Below are positions 1 to 10,673 of a DNA stretch of 64,000 nt, piece by piece. A program made the position numbers and the translations under genes. Position 1 is the stretch's first letter, and every line of letters starts with the position of its first letter. The DNA lies in the IMG/VR virus record IMGVR_UViG_3300026292_000003, positions 124,001 through 188,000 of that record. One strand, given 5' to 3'. The notes under the pieces were generated by a model, which was not told the origin of the DNA, searched no databases, and saw only the letters and a program-made list of their open reading frames with translations.

Positions 1-2
1 GA

Positions 3-89
3 TTTAAGCTAGATTTAGCGATGGCCAAGCAAGGTCAAGCGGTTCAGAAGATGAATGAGGCGAAAAAACAGATCAAATCCTGCCTATAA
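3..89 (+). CDS. 3' end of a CDS truncated by the window edge
   Basis: Open frame FKLDLAMAKQGQAVQKMNEAKKQIKSCL ends at TAA 87-89, immediately before a late-promoter motif. Confidence 0.5.
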   Translation, partial: FKLDLAMAKQGQAVQKMNEAKKQIKSCL

Positions 90-91
90 GC

Positions 92-98
92 ATAAATA
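92..98 (+). promoter_or_regulatory. Late promoter motif ATAAATA (representative; also at 3276, 15025, 15284, 16001, 25180, 26839, 31494, 34295, 35047, 38302, 39306, 40532, 44031, 45080, 51414, 52427, 52651, 56982, 59409, 59855, 63003 and on minus strand 37094-37100, 42983-42989)
   Basis: Motif recurs in intergenic gaps just upstream of gene starts and matches the T4 late -10 element TATAAATA. Confidence 0.75.
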
Positions 99-132
99 CA
101 ATATATTACAAAAAACCTGAAGGGGTCAAATT

Positions 133-891
133 ATGGATTTAAACAATTTAAAAGTAAACAAAATAACGAAATTAGATTCAGCTCTAAAAGAGGTATTTGG
201 TGTTAACTTTAACTTTGGTGCAGACGGTGCCAAACTACAAAAAGTTAAAACATTTACAGAATCTAAAATTAAGTCATTACGTGATAATGGTATCGCAGTA
301 AATGACAAACAATATCAGAAGTTATTGTTAGTATTAGAAGGTATAAAAGAAGCTATGTCAAATAAACCAGTAATGGAAAGCGAATTAGACCAAGCTGAAG
401 TACTTCTAGCCGCAAAACAAATGGCTGACGACTTACAAAAAATGGCTGAAAATTTAGCAAGTATGCAAGTAGAAGAATTAATGAGTATCACTAACGCAAT
501 GAAAGAAGAAGTTGGTGTTGCAGAAGCTGAAACATTTTCACAAAGTGCAGAGATGGCAATTGGTACAGCTCTTGAAGCAGTTAAAAAAGCCAACGATGAT
601 GTAAGTAACGCAGTATTAGTAGCACAAGGTCAAGCACCAGAAACAGATATGAGTATGGAGCCTGCACCAGAAGCACCTATGGATATGGATGCACCTGCTG
701 AAGAACCAGCTGGTGATGATTTTGAAGGTGTTGATGCCGCTAGTGCAGAGTCAGATGCTGAAGGTAGAGAGATGAAAGAAGAATCAGTCGATCCTTATCT
801 TAAAGCAATCAAGATGGTTAAAGAAGCACAATCAGAAGGTAAAGTTAGCAAAGACGTTCTTAAAAGAGCATTTGCGGAACTAAAGAGGTAG
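133..891 (+). CDS. Acidic hypothetical protein, possibly head/scaffold-associated
   Basis: 252 aa ORF with coiled-coil N-half and E/D/P/A-rich linker; follows a late promoter. Confidence 0.75.
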   Translation: MDLNNLKVNKITKLDSALKEVFGVNFNFGADGAKLQKVKTFTESKIKSLRDNGIAVNDKQYQKLLLVLEGIKEAMSNKPVMESELDQAEVLLAAKQMADDLQKMAENLASMQVEELMSITNAMKEEVGVAEAETFSQSAEMAIGTALEAVKKANDDVSNAVLVAQGQAPETDMSMEPAPEAPMDMDAPAEEPAGDDFEGVDAASAESDAEGREMKEESVDPYLKAIKMVKEAQSEGKVSKDVLKRAFAELKR

Positions 892-895
892 TAAC

Positions 896-1225
896 GTGAG
901 GTACGCTGAACTCTTCGAATTAAATTCTGAAGTAGATTCAAAAGTAATTGATCTGCTTTCAATTCTAAGTAGCGAAGGCGTTGATAATATTCCTCTCGAA
1001 ACTTTAGTTAATGAGCTTAAGGCTATGGGTGTTGATGCTGATGTTGAATCATTATTTGATGAGATATCAAATTTACCTATAGTTAATAATATAAAAGATG
1101 GAATGGTTTATTTTAATACTTCAAGTCTTGATGCTAGTAATTTAAACAAGGTTGACCCCGAAAAAGCAGATAAGACCGTAACTAATATGGCTAAGAAGCA
1201 AGTTAAAAAAGAGTTAAACAAATGA
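896..1225 (+). CDS. Hypothetical protein
   Basis: 109 aa ORF, GTG start after GAGG. Confidence 0.75.
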   Translation: MRYAELFELNSEVDSKVIDLLSILSSEGVDNIPLETLVNELKAMGVDADVESLFDEISNLPIVNNIKDGMVYFNTSSLDASNLNKVDPEKADKTVTNMAKKQVKKELNK

Positions 1226-1839
1226 GTGTAGGACTAAACGCGGCACAAGCAAGATCAAAAGCATCACAAGATATGATTGTGTTTACTGAAACGCAAGAAA
1301 TAATGAAAGCAATTATTTCAGAAAGTGCATTAGGTAATTTTGAAGCATATGTAGATGATGCTACAACAATGACAGAAGCTACTCCAAGTATTCAAAAAAT
1401 TGGAACACAATTAAATCCAACAATTACAGTAGGCGACACTCTTATATTTGATAATAATACAATCACACTAGGTACTACAGGAACATCATTAAATGCAATA
1501 GTTGCAGATATTAATGATGCAAACGTCGCAGGATTGACAGCATCAAAAGATAGTAGTTATCTTGTACTTACTATTTCAGAGCCACAAGGTTCTACATGGT
1601 CATATGAGATAGGTGCAGGTACTGCAAATACAGCTCTTGGATTTGTAGCAGGTGTATACAGTATAGCAAATCCATCAAGTGTTGATTATTTTAATATTTG
1701 GCAAGGTACTGCTACTGATCGTGGATTAACAAATCAAATGGAACAAGTAATTAAATATTTCCAAAACCTAGGATACAAAATAGAAAGACTAACCAATACT
1801 AATACCAGTAAAACTTTTAAATGGTATGTGTATTGGTAA
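1222..1839 (+). CDS. Putative virion structural protein
   Basis: 205 aa, T/G/A-rich beta-type composition; overlaps the upstream stop. Confidence 0.6.
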   Translation: MSVGLNAAQARSKASQDMIVFTETQEIMKAIISESALGNFEAYVDDATTMTEATPSIQKIGTQLNPTITVGDTLIFDNNTITLGTTGTSLNAIVADINDANVAGLTASKDSSYLVLTISEPQGSTWSYEIGAGTANTALGFVAGVYSIANPSSVDYFNIWQGTATDRGLTNQMEQVIKYFQNLGYKIERLTNTNTSKTFKWYVYW

Positions 1840-2580
1840 ATGAAAATCGCAATCATAGGCTGTAGTTATTCAGCATATTCTCACACAAACGTAGAAAAAG
1901 ATAGCTGGTCTTACCAGTTATATGAACGTTTCCCACAACATACATATTATAATTATGCATTAGGAGGTAGAGGTATAGACTATGCTCAATGGTGTATACT
2001 TGATGCAAAAATGAATGACGTGGATTTTGTTTTTGTAAATAGAACCTTTTATTCAAGAGTAAGTATGTTAAAAGATACTGATGAACCATTTAATGAATTT
2101 GGTTTTGATGATACATACGTAAATGAAAATTTTATTTTAAAATATATACGTGGTAATATGTTATGGAGAGGTACGTCTCAACCAGGAGTAGGAACAACAC
2201 GTGAAACAAAGCCACCAAATAATGAGAAACCTAGAAACTTTGTACATAATACATTAGACGAATTAGCAACATCAGAACATAGAAACTCTTGGCAAAAACA
2301 TTTATATAATAACATAGAAAAATTATACAATTTTAAACATTTTAGATTATTAGAATTTTTAAGAAGTGAACCTAATAATGTATGGAAAATGATGATAGAA
2401 GCACACGGCGGCGACGATGAAAAAATTAAAAGATCAGGACAAAACAGACATGAATGGTTATGGACTCGTGGATTAACTTTAGCACAAAATGATGATCACT
2501 GGAATAGAGAAGGTAATAAGTGGGTGTTAGAAAATTATATATTAGACAAAGAAACCATTGACATTTTAACAAAAGGATAG
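1840..2580 (+). CDS. SGNH-hydrolase-like hypothetical protein
   Basis: N-terminal IAIIGCSYS, a later YALGGRGID block and C-terminal DDHW resemble SGNH blocks. Confidence 0.5.
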   Translation: MKIAIIGCSYSAYSHTNVEKDSWSYQLYERFPQHTYYNYALGGRGIDYAQWCILDAKMNDVDFVFVNRTFYSRVSMLKDTDEPFNEFGFDDTYVNENFILKYIRGNMLWRGTSQPGVGTTRETKPPNNEKPRNFVHNTLDELATSEHRNSWQKHLYNNIEKLYNFKHFRLLEFLRSEPNNVWKMMIEAHGGDDEKIKRSGQNRHEWLWTRGLTLAQNDDHWNREGNKWVLENYILDKETIDILTKG

Positions 2581-2586
2581 TAAACT
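2558..2586 (+). promoter_or_regulatory. sigma70-type promoter
   Basis: TTGACA-17 bp-TAAACT; an in-frame ATG at 2593 lies at the expected +1. Confidence 0.6.
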
Positions 2587-3273
2587 ATGAGTATGCTTAA
2601 AATAAAATCCCCTTACGATTATAAAGAATTCAAAAGAACGTCAGTAGACGGTAAACGTCTTTATGAAAACCCTTGGGGTGATCCTGTTCCTAGTGTAACT
2701 ACTATTTTAAGTGCTACACAGTCAGCAGAAAAGAAAGCAGGACTTGCTAAATGGAAAAAACGTGTAGGTGATGCAGAAGCACAACGTATTGTAACTGAAG
2801 CATCTAATGTTGGATCTGTAATGCATAATATATTAGAAAAATGGTTTAAAAATGAAGAATATAATCCAGGAAATAATATGGTGCATAAACAAGCAAAAGG
2901 TATGGCACAGGTTGTAATAGATAATGTAGAACCCGATATTAATGAAGTATGGGGATCAGAGGTTAATTTAGTAGCAAAAGATTTATATGCAGGTACAACA
3001 GATTTAATAGGTGTATATAAAGGCAAAGAAACTATTATGGACTTTAAGCAGACTAATAAACCCAAAAAACGTGAATGGATTGATGACTATTTTATGCAAG
3101 GTGCGGCATATGCGAATGCTCATAATGAGATGTACGGAACAAACATATCAAATATAGCAGTTTTTATGTGTAGTAGAGCAGGTGAGTTTCAGCTATTTGA
3201 AGTAGATAGCACAGAATTTAAGCAATGGGAACTTAAATGGGCAGAACGTTTAGAACAGTTTTATAATCTATAA
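2587..3273 (+). CDS. PD-(D/E)XK exonuclease (RecB/Cas4-like phage exonuclease)
   Basis: Motifs PSVTTIL, YAGTTDL, IMDFKQ, YFMQGAAY; true start may be ATG 2593. Confidence 0.85.
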   Translation: MSMLKIKSPYDYKEFKRTSVDGKRLYENPWGDPVPSVTTILSATQSAEKKAGLAKWKKRVGDAEAQRIVTEASNVGSVMHNILEKWFKNEEYNPGNNMVHKQAKGMAQVVIDNVEPDINEVWGSEVNLVAKDLYAGTTDLIGVYKGKETIMDFKQTNKPKKREWIDDYFMQGAAYANAHNEMYGTNISNIAVFMCSRAGEFQLFEVDSTEFKQWELKWAERLEQFYNL

Positions 3274-3304
3274 AGATAAATACATTATATTTAAGGAATA
3301 AACA

Positions 3305-4060
3305 ATGACAACAACGACAGCTAGAATGACAGTTAGAAAAGGTAACTTGGCAGATTTGCCAAAGTTGCTACCGGGTGAATTTGGACTTGCACAAGATATT
3401 CAAAGATTATTTATAGGACAGGCTTCAGTAAATGGAACTTGTCAAGTAAGTAACAGTGACGCAACGACAGCTAAAGTAGAATTTACTTCAGCAAATGGCG
3501 ATCCTATTGATTTAGACTTAATAGCTAATTTAGATCAATATACATATGGAATAACAGTAAACCCAGCAAGTGATAATATTTCTATAACAGGTAATAACAT
3601 AACATTCAAAGATGCAGTTGCATCATTCTCGCATGGCTTATCTTCAGCTCCTACATCTAGTACAGTATTTGAACTTTACTATAATAAAGAAGTTGGCTAC
3701 CATGCAGAAGCATTCCCAAATCCAGTACAGTCGCAAAGTCTAAACAAACTGACTGCAGATTCTGCAGGACCTAAAGAATCAGGAATTGAATTTATTTGTG
3801 CTAATAAAGATAAGATTACAATTGATTATAGTTTAAAAACGGCGTCTGCTTCAAGACACGGACAGTTATTAATTCTAATTGATGACAATGCAGGCACTCC
3901 TACAACAAGCTCAATTAAAGATGTATATGACATTAGCAATGGCGCAATGCCATTAGTCTTTAGCCTTTCACATAATAGTACAGACAAATTTAGTTTAATG
4001 TTTGACACTACAGACCTTGATACCGTACATACATTCAAATACGTACAAAAATCATTTTAA
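3305..4060 (+). CDS. Putative virion/tail-associated protein
   Basis: N-terminal LPKLLPGEFGLAQDIQRLFIG resembles tail-fibre N-terminal repeats; late promoter at 3276 and AAGGA RBS. Confidence 0.55.
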   Translation: MTTTTARMTVRKGNLADLPKLLPGEFGLAQDIQRLFIGQASVNGTCQVSNSDATTAKVEFTSANGDPIDLDLIANLDQYTYGITVNPASDNISITGNNITFKDAVASFSHGLSSAPTSSTVFELYYNKEVGYHAEAFPNPVQSQSLNKLTADSAGPKESGIEFICANKDKITIDYSLKTASASRHGQLLILIDDNAGTPTTSSIKDVYDISNGAMPLVFSLSHNSTDKFSLMFDTTDLDTVHTFKYVQKSF

Positions 4061-4064
4061 ATAA

Positions 4065-4499
4065 ATGGACGAAGTATGGCAGTTGCCACCTAGACAAAGA
4101 ATTCAAAAGTGGCGAGAATTAAGAAAACGGATTTGTGAATATTCCAACATCTTAGAACAATTACAAGTTGTTTTAGATTTTTGGAATAGTACACCGATAG
4201 GTGTTAGAAAAGTTGACTTATATGATGAATCAACTTGGTCCACACCTTGGGAAATGCTACACCAAAATGATTATGATGAAAATGTTGTTTCATTGGGTAT
4301 GGCATACACGTTACACTATAGTAATATTGCCTGTAGATTATTGCTTGTACAAAATGTGGAAAAAAATGATATAAAGTTAATAGTTTTAGTTGACAACAAG
4401 TACATTTTAAACTATACTTATAACGTAATAGACACCACTGACATCGTAGCTGAAGTAGATATACTAAAAGATATTGATGTGAGTACATTAAGCAAATAG
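4065..4499 (+). CDS. Hypothetical protein
   Basis: 144 aa ORF with WSTPWEML motif. Confidence 0.7.
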   Translation: MDEVWQLPPRQRIQKWRELRKRICEYSNILEQLQVVLDFWNSTPIGVRKVDLYDESTWSTPWEMLHQNDYDENVVSLGMAYTLHYSNIACRLLLVQNVEKNDIKLIVLVDNKYILNYTYNVIDTTDIVAEVDILKDIDVSTLSK

Positions 4500-4555
4500 T
4501 TATCTATAAAACTACTTGAGTAAATACAAAAAACTATTTGAGAAAAACGGACAAA

Positions 4556-6865
4556 ATGAACATTATAATTAATAAACGAGACGGAACAAAGGAAGAGCTA
4601 GACTTAGAAAAAATGCACAAAGTTGTATTTTATGCTTGTGAAGATATTGCTGGTGTAAGTGCTAGTGAAGTAGAAATTAAAAGTCATTTACAATTCTATG
4701 ATGGGATTGAAAGTGCAGATATACAAGAAACATTAATCAAAGCGGCGGCTGATCTTATTTCAGAAGAAACACCAAATTATCAATGGGTAGCTGGTAGACT
4801 TATTAATTACCATTTACGTAAACAAGTTTATGATAAATTTGAACCACCACATTTACGAGAGATAGCTCGTAAGAATGTTGATCGTGGTTTATACGATCCA
4901 GAATTTTTTTCTGTTTATAGTGAAGATGAAATTAATCAAATGCAAGAGTTCATTAAACATGAACGTGATGAAGATATGACATATGCGGCCATGGAACAGT
5001 TCCGTGGAAAGTATCTAGTACAAAATAGAGCAACAGGTGAAATTTTTGAAACACCACAAGTATGTTATATGATGATCTCAGCAACATTGTTTAGTCAATA
5101 TCCAAAAGAAGAAAGAATGAAATGGGTTAAAGATTACTATGACGCAATTAGTAATTTTGATATTAGTTTGCCTACGCCAGTAATGGCAGGTGTACGTACA
5201 CCACAAAGACAATTCTCTTCTTGCGTTCTAGTAGAAACTGATGATGATTTAGATAGTATTAATGCTACATCATCTGCTATTGTAAAATATGTTTCTCAAA
5301 AGGCAGGTATTGGTATAGGCGCAGGTTCTATTCGTGCCATTGGATCAAAAATTAGAAAAGGTGACGCAACACATACAGGTGTTATTCCATTTTATAAATT
5401 ATTTCAAAGTTCTGTTAAGTCGTGTAGTCAAGGTGGAGTACGTGGCGGAGCGGCAACATTATATTATCCGATATGGCATTTAGAAGTTGAAGACTTACTT
5501 GTTTTAAAAAACAATAAAGGTACAGAAGATAACAGAGTACGTCATATGGATTATGGTGTACAGTTTAATAAAGTAATGTACGAACGTCTACTTACAAATG
5601 GAGACATCACTCTTTTCTCACCTGCAGATGTTCCAGGTCTATATGATGCATTTTTTGAAGATCAAGACAAGTTTAAAGAGTTGTATGAAAAAGCAGAAAA
5701 GAAAAATGGAATTAGAAAAAAAGTTCTTAAAGCATCTGAGTTATTTGGAATGTTTATGGAAGAACGTAAAAATACAGGAAGAGTTTATTTAATGAATGTA
5801 GATCATGCTAATTCGCATGGTTCATTTAAACCTGAAGTAGCACCTATTAAACAAAGTAATTTATGTTGTGAAATTAATTTACCTACTAAACCTTTGTATA
5901 GTGTTAGAGATAAAGAAGGTGAAATTAGTTTATGTACGTTAAGTGCAATCAATTGGGGAAACATCACTGAACCTAGTAAGTTTAAAAAAGTTTGTAGACT
6001 AGCAGTACGTGGATTAGATGCATTATTAGATTATCAACAGTATCCGGTATTAGCGGCAGAATTAAGTACAATGAAACGTAGACCTTTAGGCATAGGAATT
6101 ATTAACTTCGCTTATTGGTTAGCAAAAAATGATTTAACATATCAAAATATTGGCAAACGTGGATTAGCTAAAGTAGACGAATGGGCAGAAGCTTGGAGTT
6201 ATTATCTAATTGAAGCTAGTGTAGAACTTGCAGAAGAATATGGACCAATAACTGGCACAGGTGAAACAAGATACGGAGATGGTATTACACCTAATATGAC
6301 ATACAAAAAAGAAGTAGATGAGCTAGTAGCTCATAAAGAACGTTTACCTTGGGACGAATTACGTGAAAGATTAAGAAACAGTGGTATACGTAACAGTACG
6401 TTAATGGCTTTAATGCCTGCTGAAACTTCAGCACAAATAAGCAATAGTACTAACGGAGTTGAACCTCCTCGTGCCTTTGTAAGTGTAAAGCAATCTAAAC
6501 ATGGTGTTTTAAAACAGGTTGTACCCGGATATGCACGTTTAAAGAATAAATATGATCTGTTATGGTCTCAAAAAAGTCCAGAAGGTTATTTAAAGATTAT
6601 GGCTGTATTACAAAAGTACATAGATCAAGGTATTAGTGTAAATACTAGTTATAACCCGGAGTTTTTTCCAGATGAAAAAATTCCATTAAGTGTAATGCTA
6701 CAACATCTTGTAATGTTTTACAAGTACGGTGGCAAACAGTTGTATTATTTTAATACATATGACGGTCAAGGTGAAATTGAATTTAAAGATAAGACATCTA
6801 AGAGCCGTGAAGATTTTGAAACAGATGAACAGTACGACGACTATTGTGAAAGTTGCGTAATATAG
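4556..6865 (+). CDS. nrdA: Ribonucleotide reductase class Ia alpha subunit
   Basis: ATP-cone, FSSC, SNLCCEI, LYYF and C-terminal CESC; ATG 4556 preferred over TTG 4538. Confidence 0.97.
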   Translation: MNIIINKRDGTKEELDLEKMHKVVFYACEDIAGVSASEVEIKSHLQFYDGIESADIQETLIKAAADLISEETPNYQWVAGRLINYHLRKQVYDKFEPPHLREIARKNVDRGLYDPEFFSVYSEDEINQMQEFIKHERDEDMTYAAMEQFRGKYLVQNRATGEIFETPQVCYMMISATLFSQYPKEERMKWVKDYYDAISNFDISLPTPVMAGVRTPQRQFSSCVLVETDDDLDSINATSSAIVKYVSQKAGIGIGAGSIRAIGSKIRKGDATHTGVIPFYKLFQSSVKSCSQGGVRGGAATLYYPIWHLEVEDLLVLKNNKGTEDNRVRHMDYGVQFNKVMYERLLTNGDITLFSPADVPGLYDAFFEDQDKFKELYEKAEKKNGIRKKVLKASELFGMFMEERKNTGRVYLMNVDHANSHGSFKPEVAPIKQSNLCCEINLPTKPLYSVRDKEGEISLCTLSAINWGNITEPSKFKKVCRLAVRGLDALLDYQQYPVLAAELSTMKRRPLGIGIINFAYWLAKNDLTYQNIGKRGLAKVDEWAEAWSYYLIEASVELAEEYGPITGTGETRYGDGITPNMTYKKEVDELVAHKERLPWDELRERLRNSGIRNSTLMALMPAETSAQISNSTNGVEPPRAFVSVKQSKHGVLKQVVPGYARLKNKYDLLWSQKSPEGYLKIMAVLQKYIDQGISVNTSYNPEFFPDEKIPLSVMLQHLVMFYKYGGKQLYYFNTYDGQGEIEFKDKTSKSREDFETDEQYDDYCESCVI

Positions 6866-6875
6866 AGGGAAATTA

Positions 6876-8003
6876 ATGGGCGTTATAAATGTAAAAAATG
6901 AAAAATACCATACAGAAGCAAATGCTTTCTTAGATGGTGATTTAGGATTTCAAAGGTATGATACATTAAAGTATAAACAATTTGATAAACTAACAGATAA
7001 ACAGTTAGGTTTCTTTTGGAGACCTGAAGAAGTAGATGTAAGTAAAGATGCAAAAGACTTTAAAGATCTTACCGAGCATGAACAACATATTTTTACAAGT
7101 AATCTAAAACGTCAGATTCTATTAGATAGTGTACAAGGTAGAGCTCCTAATGAAGCATTTAGTCCTATTGTCAGTTTACCAGAATTAGAAAATTGGATTA
7201 TTACTTGGACATTTAGTGAAACAATTCATAGTAGAAGTTATACACATATTATTAGAAATGTATATGCTAATCCTACTAAGATATTTGATGAGCTAACAGA
7301 CAGTCAAGAGATTTTAGATTGTGCTGGAGATATTTCTAAATATTACGACAGCTTAATTGAATTAACAAGTTATTATAATTTACTAGGTGAAGGAAAACAT
7401 ACAGTAAACGGTAAAAAAGTTGAAATAGATATGTATGACTTAAAGAAAAAATTATGGTTAACTTTAAATAGTGTTAACATATTAGAAGGTATTAGATTTT
7501 ATGTTTCATTCGCTTGTAGCTGGGCATTCGCTGAGCTTAAGAAAATGGAAGGTAATGCTAAAATAATTAAGTTTATTGCACGTGACGAAAATGTTCATCT
7601 TGCAAGTACACAATACCTTTTATCAAAAGTACTACCAAAAGAAGATCCAGACTTTGAAAAGATTAGAGTAGAATGTCAACAAGAAGTTACTCAAATGTTT
7701 ATTGATGCAGTAGATCAAGAAAAGCAATGGGCAGACTATTTGTTTAAAGATGGAAGTATGATTGGACTTAATTCAAAATTATTACAAGATTATATTGAGT
7801 GGATTTGTTGTAAACGTATGACAGCATTGGGTATGAAGTGTCCTTATAGCCCAGGTCAAACTAATCCATTACCATGGACACAAAAATGGATTGCAGGAGC
7901 AGAAGTCCAAGTAGCACCACAAGAAACTGAAATTAGTTCTTATGTAATTGGTGGTGTTAAAAAAGATGTAGGTGAAGATACATTTGAAGGAATGAGTTTA
8001 TAA
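6876..8003 (+). CDS. nrdB: Ribonucleotide reductase class Ia beta subunit
   Basis: FFWRPEE, ETIHSRSY, LEGIRFYVSF, RDENVH and C-terminal VAPQETE. Confidence 0.97.
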   Translation: MGVINVKNEKYHTEANAFLDGDLGFQRYDTLKYKQFDKLTDKQLGFFWRPEEVDVSKDAKDFKDLTEHEQHIFTSNLKRQILLDSVQGRAPNEAFSPIVSLPELENWIITWTFSETIHSRSYTHIIRNVYANPTKIFDELTDSQEILDCAGDISKYYDSLIELTSYYNLLGEGKHTVNGKKVEIDMYDLKKKLWLTLNSVNILEGIRFYVSFACSWAFAELKKMEGNAKIIKFIARDENVHLASTQYLLSKVLPKEDPDFEKIRVECQQEVTQMFIDAVDQEKQWADYLFKDGSMIGLNSKLLQDYIEWICCKRMTALGMKCPYSPGQTNPLPWTQKWIAGAEVQVAPQETEISSYVIGGVKKDVGEDTFEGMSL

Positions 8004-8258
8004 ATGATAGAGATATGGGGTAAACCACAATGTGGTTATTGCGATGCCGCAAAAAGATTATGTGAATCAAGAAATTATGAATTCGTCTATAAACAATTAG
8101 GCGTAGATTTTAATAGGGAACAAGTTTTCGAAAACTTCCCTGAAGCTAGAACATTTCCACAAATTAAAATATATGGTAAAGTAATTGGTGGATATGATCA
8201 GTTTCTAAAATACATTGAGGATACTGGTTTTAATGGAACTGGTGAATCAACAGGATAA
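8004..8258 (+). CDS. Glutaredoxin
   Basis: CGYC active site, TFPQI and IGGY; directly after nrdB. Confidence 0.92.
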   Translation: MIEIWGKPQCGYCDAAKRLCESRNYEFVYKQLGVDFNREQVFENFPEARTFPQIKIYGKVIGGYDQFLKYIEDTGFNGTGESTG

Positions 8259-8261
8259 TAT

Positions 8262-8567
8262 ATGTTAATAGAAACACAATACCAAGTAGGTGATGTAGTA
8301 AGTATTAAACTTTCTTCAGGTGAAGAAATGATTGCAAGGTTAGACACAGAAACTGATGAAACAGTTACGTTAGCTAAACCTTACATACTTGTTGCCGCAC
8401 AAAACGGCATGGCCCTAGCGCCTTATATGTTTACCGTTAGTCCAGATACTAAGATCAAATTAAAGATAAATAGTATTATATGCATAGTTAAATCAGCGAA
8501 AGATGCAAGTGATATGTATATAAAACAAAGTACAGGATTAACAGTAGCAAATGCAAAAAGTTCATAG
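8262..8567 (+). CDS. Conserved phage hypothetical protein (Sm-like fold likely)
   Basis: GDVVSIKLSSGEEMIARL pattern. Confidence 0.65.
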   Translation: MLIETQYQVGDVVSIKLSSGEEMIARLDTETDETVTLAKPYILVAAQNGMALAPYMFTVSPDTKIKLKINSIICIVKSAKDASDMYIKQSTGLTVANAKSS

Positions 8568-8835
8568 ACACGGAGATAAACGTTCATGTGGTGCATCAAC
8601 AGAAGCACAAGGATATAGTAACGTTTTTGTAAACAACCAACCTATTAGTGTTGATCGAGATCCAAACAGTCATGGTGGCGGTGCTCTTAATGCACAATGC
8701 AACAATGTATTTGTAGGCAACAAATTAGTGGTTGTCGTTCCAAACAATTCAGATGCAGATAGACTATGTCCATTACCTGGACATTGCAATCCAAAATCAG
8801 ATAGTGGTAGTCCTGACGTTTATATAGGACAATAA
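8551..8835 (+). CDS. PAAR-family baseplate spike tip protein
   Basis: RHGD..SCG, VFVNN, DPNSH, GSPDVYIG with Cys/His metal ligands. Confidence 0.85.
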   Translation: MQKVHRHGDKRSCGASTEAQGYSNVFVNNQPISVDRDPNSHGGGALNAQCNNVFVGNKLVVVVPNNSDADRLCPLPGHCNPKSDSGSPDVYIGQ

Positions 8836-8836
8836 C

Positions 8837-9034
8837 ATGATTAAGAATTTAAAAGATCTAATCATAGTAGCTCTAACTATAGGGGTACTTACATTGCTAG
8901 GTGTTATTATAATTGGCGACTATTATGTTGCCTTACAAGAAAATAGACCAGTAGATGAATCAGTAATCACTTTAATGAAAATGTCATTAACAGGAATGAT
9001 TGGAATTATTGCAGGTTACATAGGATCAAAATAA
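8837..9034 (+). CDS. Small two-TM membrane protein
   Basis: 65 aa with two hydrophobic stretches. Confidence 0.7.
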   Translation: MIKNLKDLIIVALTIGVLTLLGVIIIGDYYVALQENRPVDESVITLMKMSLTGMIGIIAGYIGSK

Positions 9035-9035
9035 A

Positions 9036-10673
9036 ATGAGTGTAGGTGATTTTAAAGACGGTTTAGAAGATTTTAACGATTACATTAACGGTACCAAAGT
9101 TGATATACCAACTGGTAGAGTAGATGTAGATGTTAACGATGGTACAATCACTGCACAAACTCAAGCATACAGTTTAAAAGAAATTATTTGTAGTTTATTA
9201 GCAGGTAATGGAATTAGGTTACCTAACTTACAAATATGTTTAAAAGTTAACCTTGGTAGATTAATACCAGAAATTCCCGAAGCACTAGCAGATTTAAGAG
9301 GAGCATTAGAAGATGCAGAAAAAGCTCTTGACGATTTTATTGCACATACAAATATTGATAATGCATTAGGTAGATTAAATTCTGCCGTTGCTGAATTTGC
9401 GGCCATTGCAAATATGATTAACTTCTGTGGTACACCTGTTGTACCTAGAGCTATTCCAAATGTTTTAAGAGATGCAATGGGTAGTTTTATAGGTGCAGGT
9501 AAAGGTATACTTGATACATTAGGAACTATGGCAGATGGTGACATAGGCGGATGTATAGGAACAGATGGTAAATTTAATCCTAACTTATTTACAAGTGGTA
9601 TATTAAAACGTTTAGGCGATCAATTTGATGACCTTGCTAATTTACCAGCGAGTGTTAAACAAGGAATAATTGATGACCTAAATGCTTTCAAAAATGATAT
9701 TGAAAACTTAATTGAATTTGAGAATAACTTTAAAGGTTCAAGTTCAACAGGTGGTAGTATATTTGCTCCTACAAATAGAGTAAACACAAATGTTGGTGTA
9801 GCAGTTGATAATGATAATATGACACTAGCAAAAAGTCAACAATATGCTAGTAACTTACAATCACTATATAATAGTTTAAAAGCATACGAAGTAGATGAAG
9901 CAGGAAATAATATATTTTCATATTTACTTGAACCAGAATTAATAGCAAAATTAGAAAATGATGGTGCTCCTACAGTAGCACTAGCAGAAAGACAACCAAT
10001 ATATGATCATTGTGGAAGGGTAACAGGATATACTCAAAGAAGTATTCAAGCAGTACAAGAAACAAGTGTAGGTGACCCTGCACAAACTAATACACAACCA
10101 GGATTAGCAGGATTGGCTGAAAGTGGTACAGTAGTTACTTCGCCTCCTGCAACAACAACAAATTTAGGCGGTGGTGGTAGCATTAGTTCAACTTCAACTT
10201 CAAGTACAGGAGCAGATGGTGCAACAGGACCACAAGGCCCAGAAGGTCCACAAGGTCCACAAGGAGATACAGGACCACAAGGACCACAAGGAGATACAGG
10301 ACCTCAAGGTCCACAAGGAGATACAGGACCACAAGGACCACAAGGAGCAACAGGTCCTCAAGGACCACAAGGACCAGCTGGTTCAGGTGGAAGTGGTGGA
10401 AGTTATCCAACAACCCCGACATTTACAAGTGTAACAACAAATGATCTTACAGTTACAGGTACAGGAAACGTAGTATTTGAAAGTGGTAATAACTTATCAC
10501 TAACTGCGGCACAAAGAGTAGAAATAACAGGAAAGGTGCCAATGAAACTTGCAACAATGACAACAGTAGAAAGAAATCAAATAGCATCACCAGAAAGTGG
10601 TGATATGATTTATAATACTGATATTAATAAGTTTCAAGGTTACGCCAATAATGCGTGGGTGAACTTAAATTGA
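9036..10673 (+). CDS. Virion protein with collagen-like triple-helix region
   Basis: 545 aa with 19 G-X-Y triplets near the C-terminus; next to the PAAR gene. Confidence 0.75.
   Translation: MSVGDFKDGLEDFNDYINGTKVDIPTGRVDVDVNDGTITAQTQAYSLKEIICSLLAGNGIRLPNLQICLKVNLGRLIPEIPEALADLRGALEDAEKALDDFIAHTNIDNALGRLNSAVAEFAAIANMINFCGTPVVPRAIPNVLRDAMGSFIGAGKGILDTLGTMADGDIGGCIGTDGKFNPNLFTSGILKRLGDQFDDLANLPASVKQGIIDDLNAFKNDIENLIEFENNFKGSSSTGGSIFAPTNRVNTNVGVAVDNDNMTLAKSQQYASNLQSLYNSLKAYEVDEAGNNIFSYLLEPELIAKLENDGAPTVALAERQPIYDHCGRVTGYTQRSIQAVQETSVGDPAQTNTQPGLAGLAESGTVVTSPPATTTNLGGGGSISSTSTSSTGADGATGPQGPEGPQGPQGDTGPQGPQGDTGPQGPQGDTGPQGPQGATGPQGPQGPAGSGGSGGSYPTTPTFTSVTTNDLTVTGTGNVVFESGNNLSLTAAQRVEITGKVPMKLATMTTVERNQIASPESGDMIYNTDINKFQGYANNAWVNLN
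10209..10379 (+). repeat. Collagen-coding repeat (GPQ GPQ GDT)n
   Basis: Imperfect 27-bp units such as ggaccacaaggaccacaaggagataca. Confidence 0.9.

Noticed and set aside
2587-3273. Cas4 as part of a CRISPR system
   Set aside because: No Fe-S Cys set, no cas genes or array; it fits a standard phage PD-(D/E)XK exonuclease
4556-8003. Introns or inteins in nrdA/nrdB
   Set aside because: Both ORFs are uninterrupted and of normal length
10171-10434. Alternative-frame ORFs over the collagen repeat
   Set aside because: By-products of the repetitive G-X-Y coding sequence
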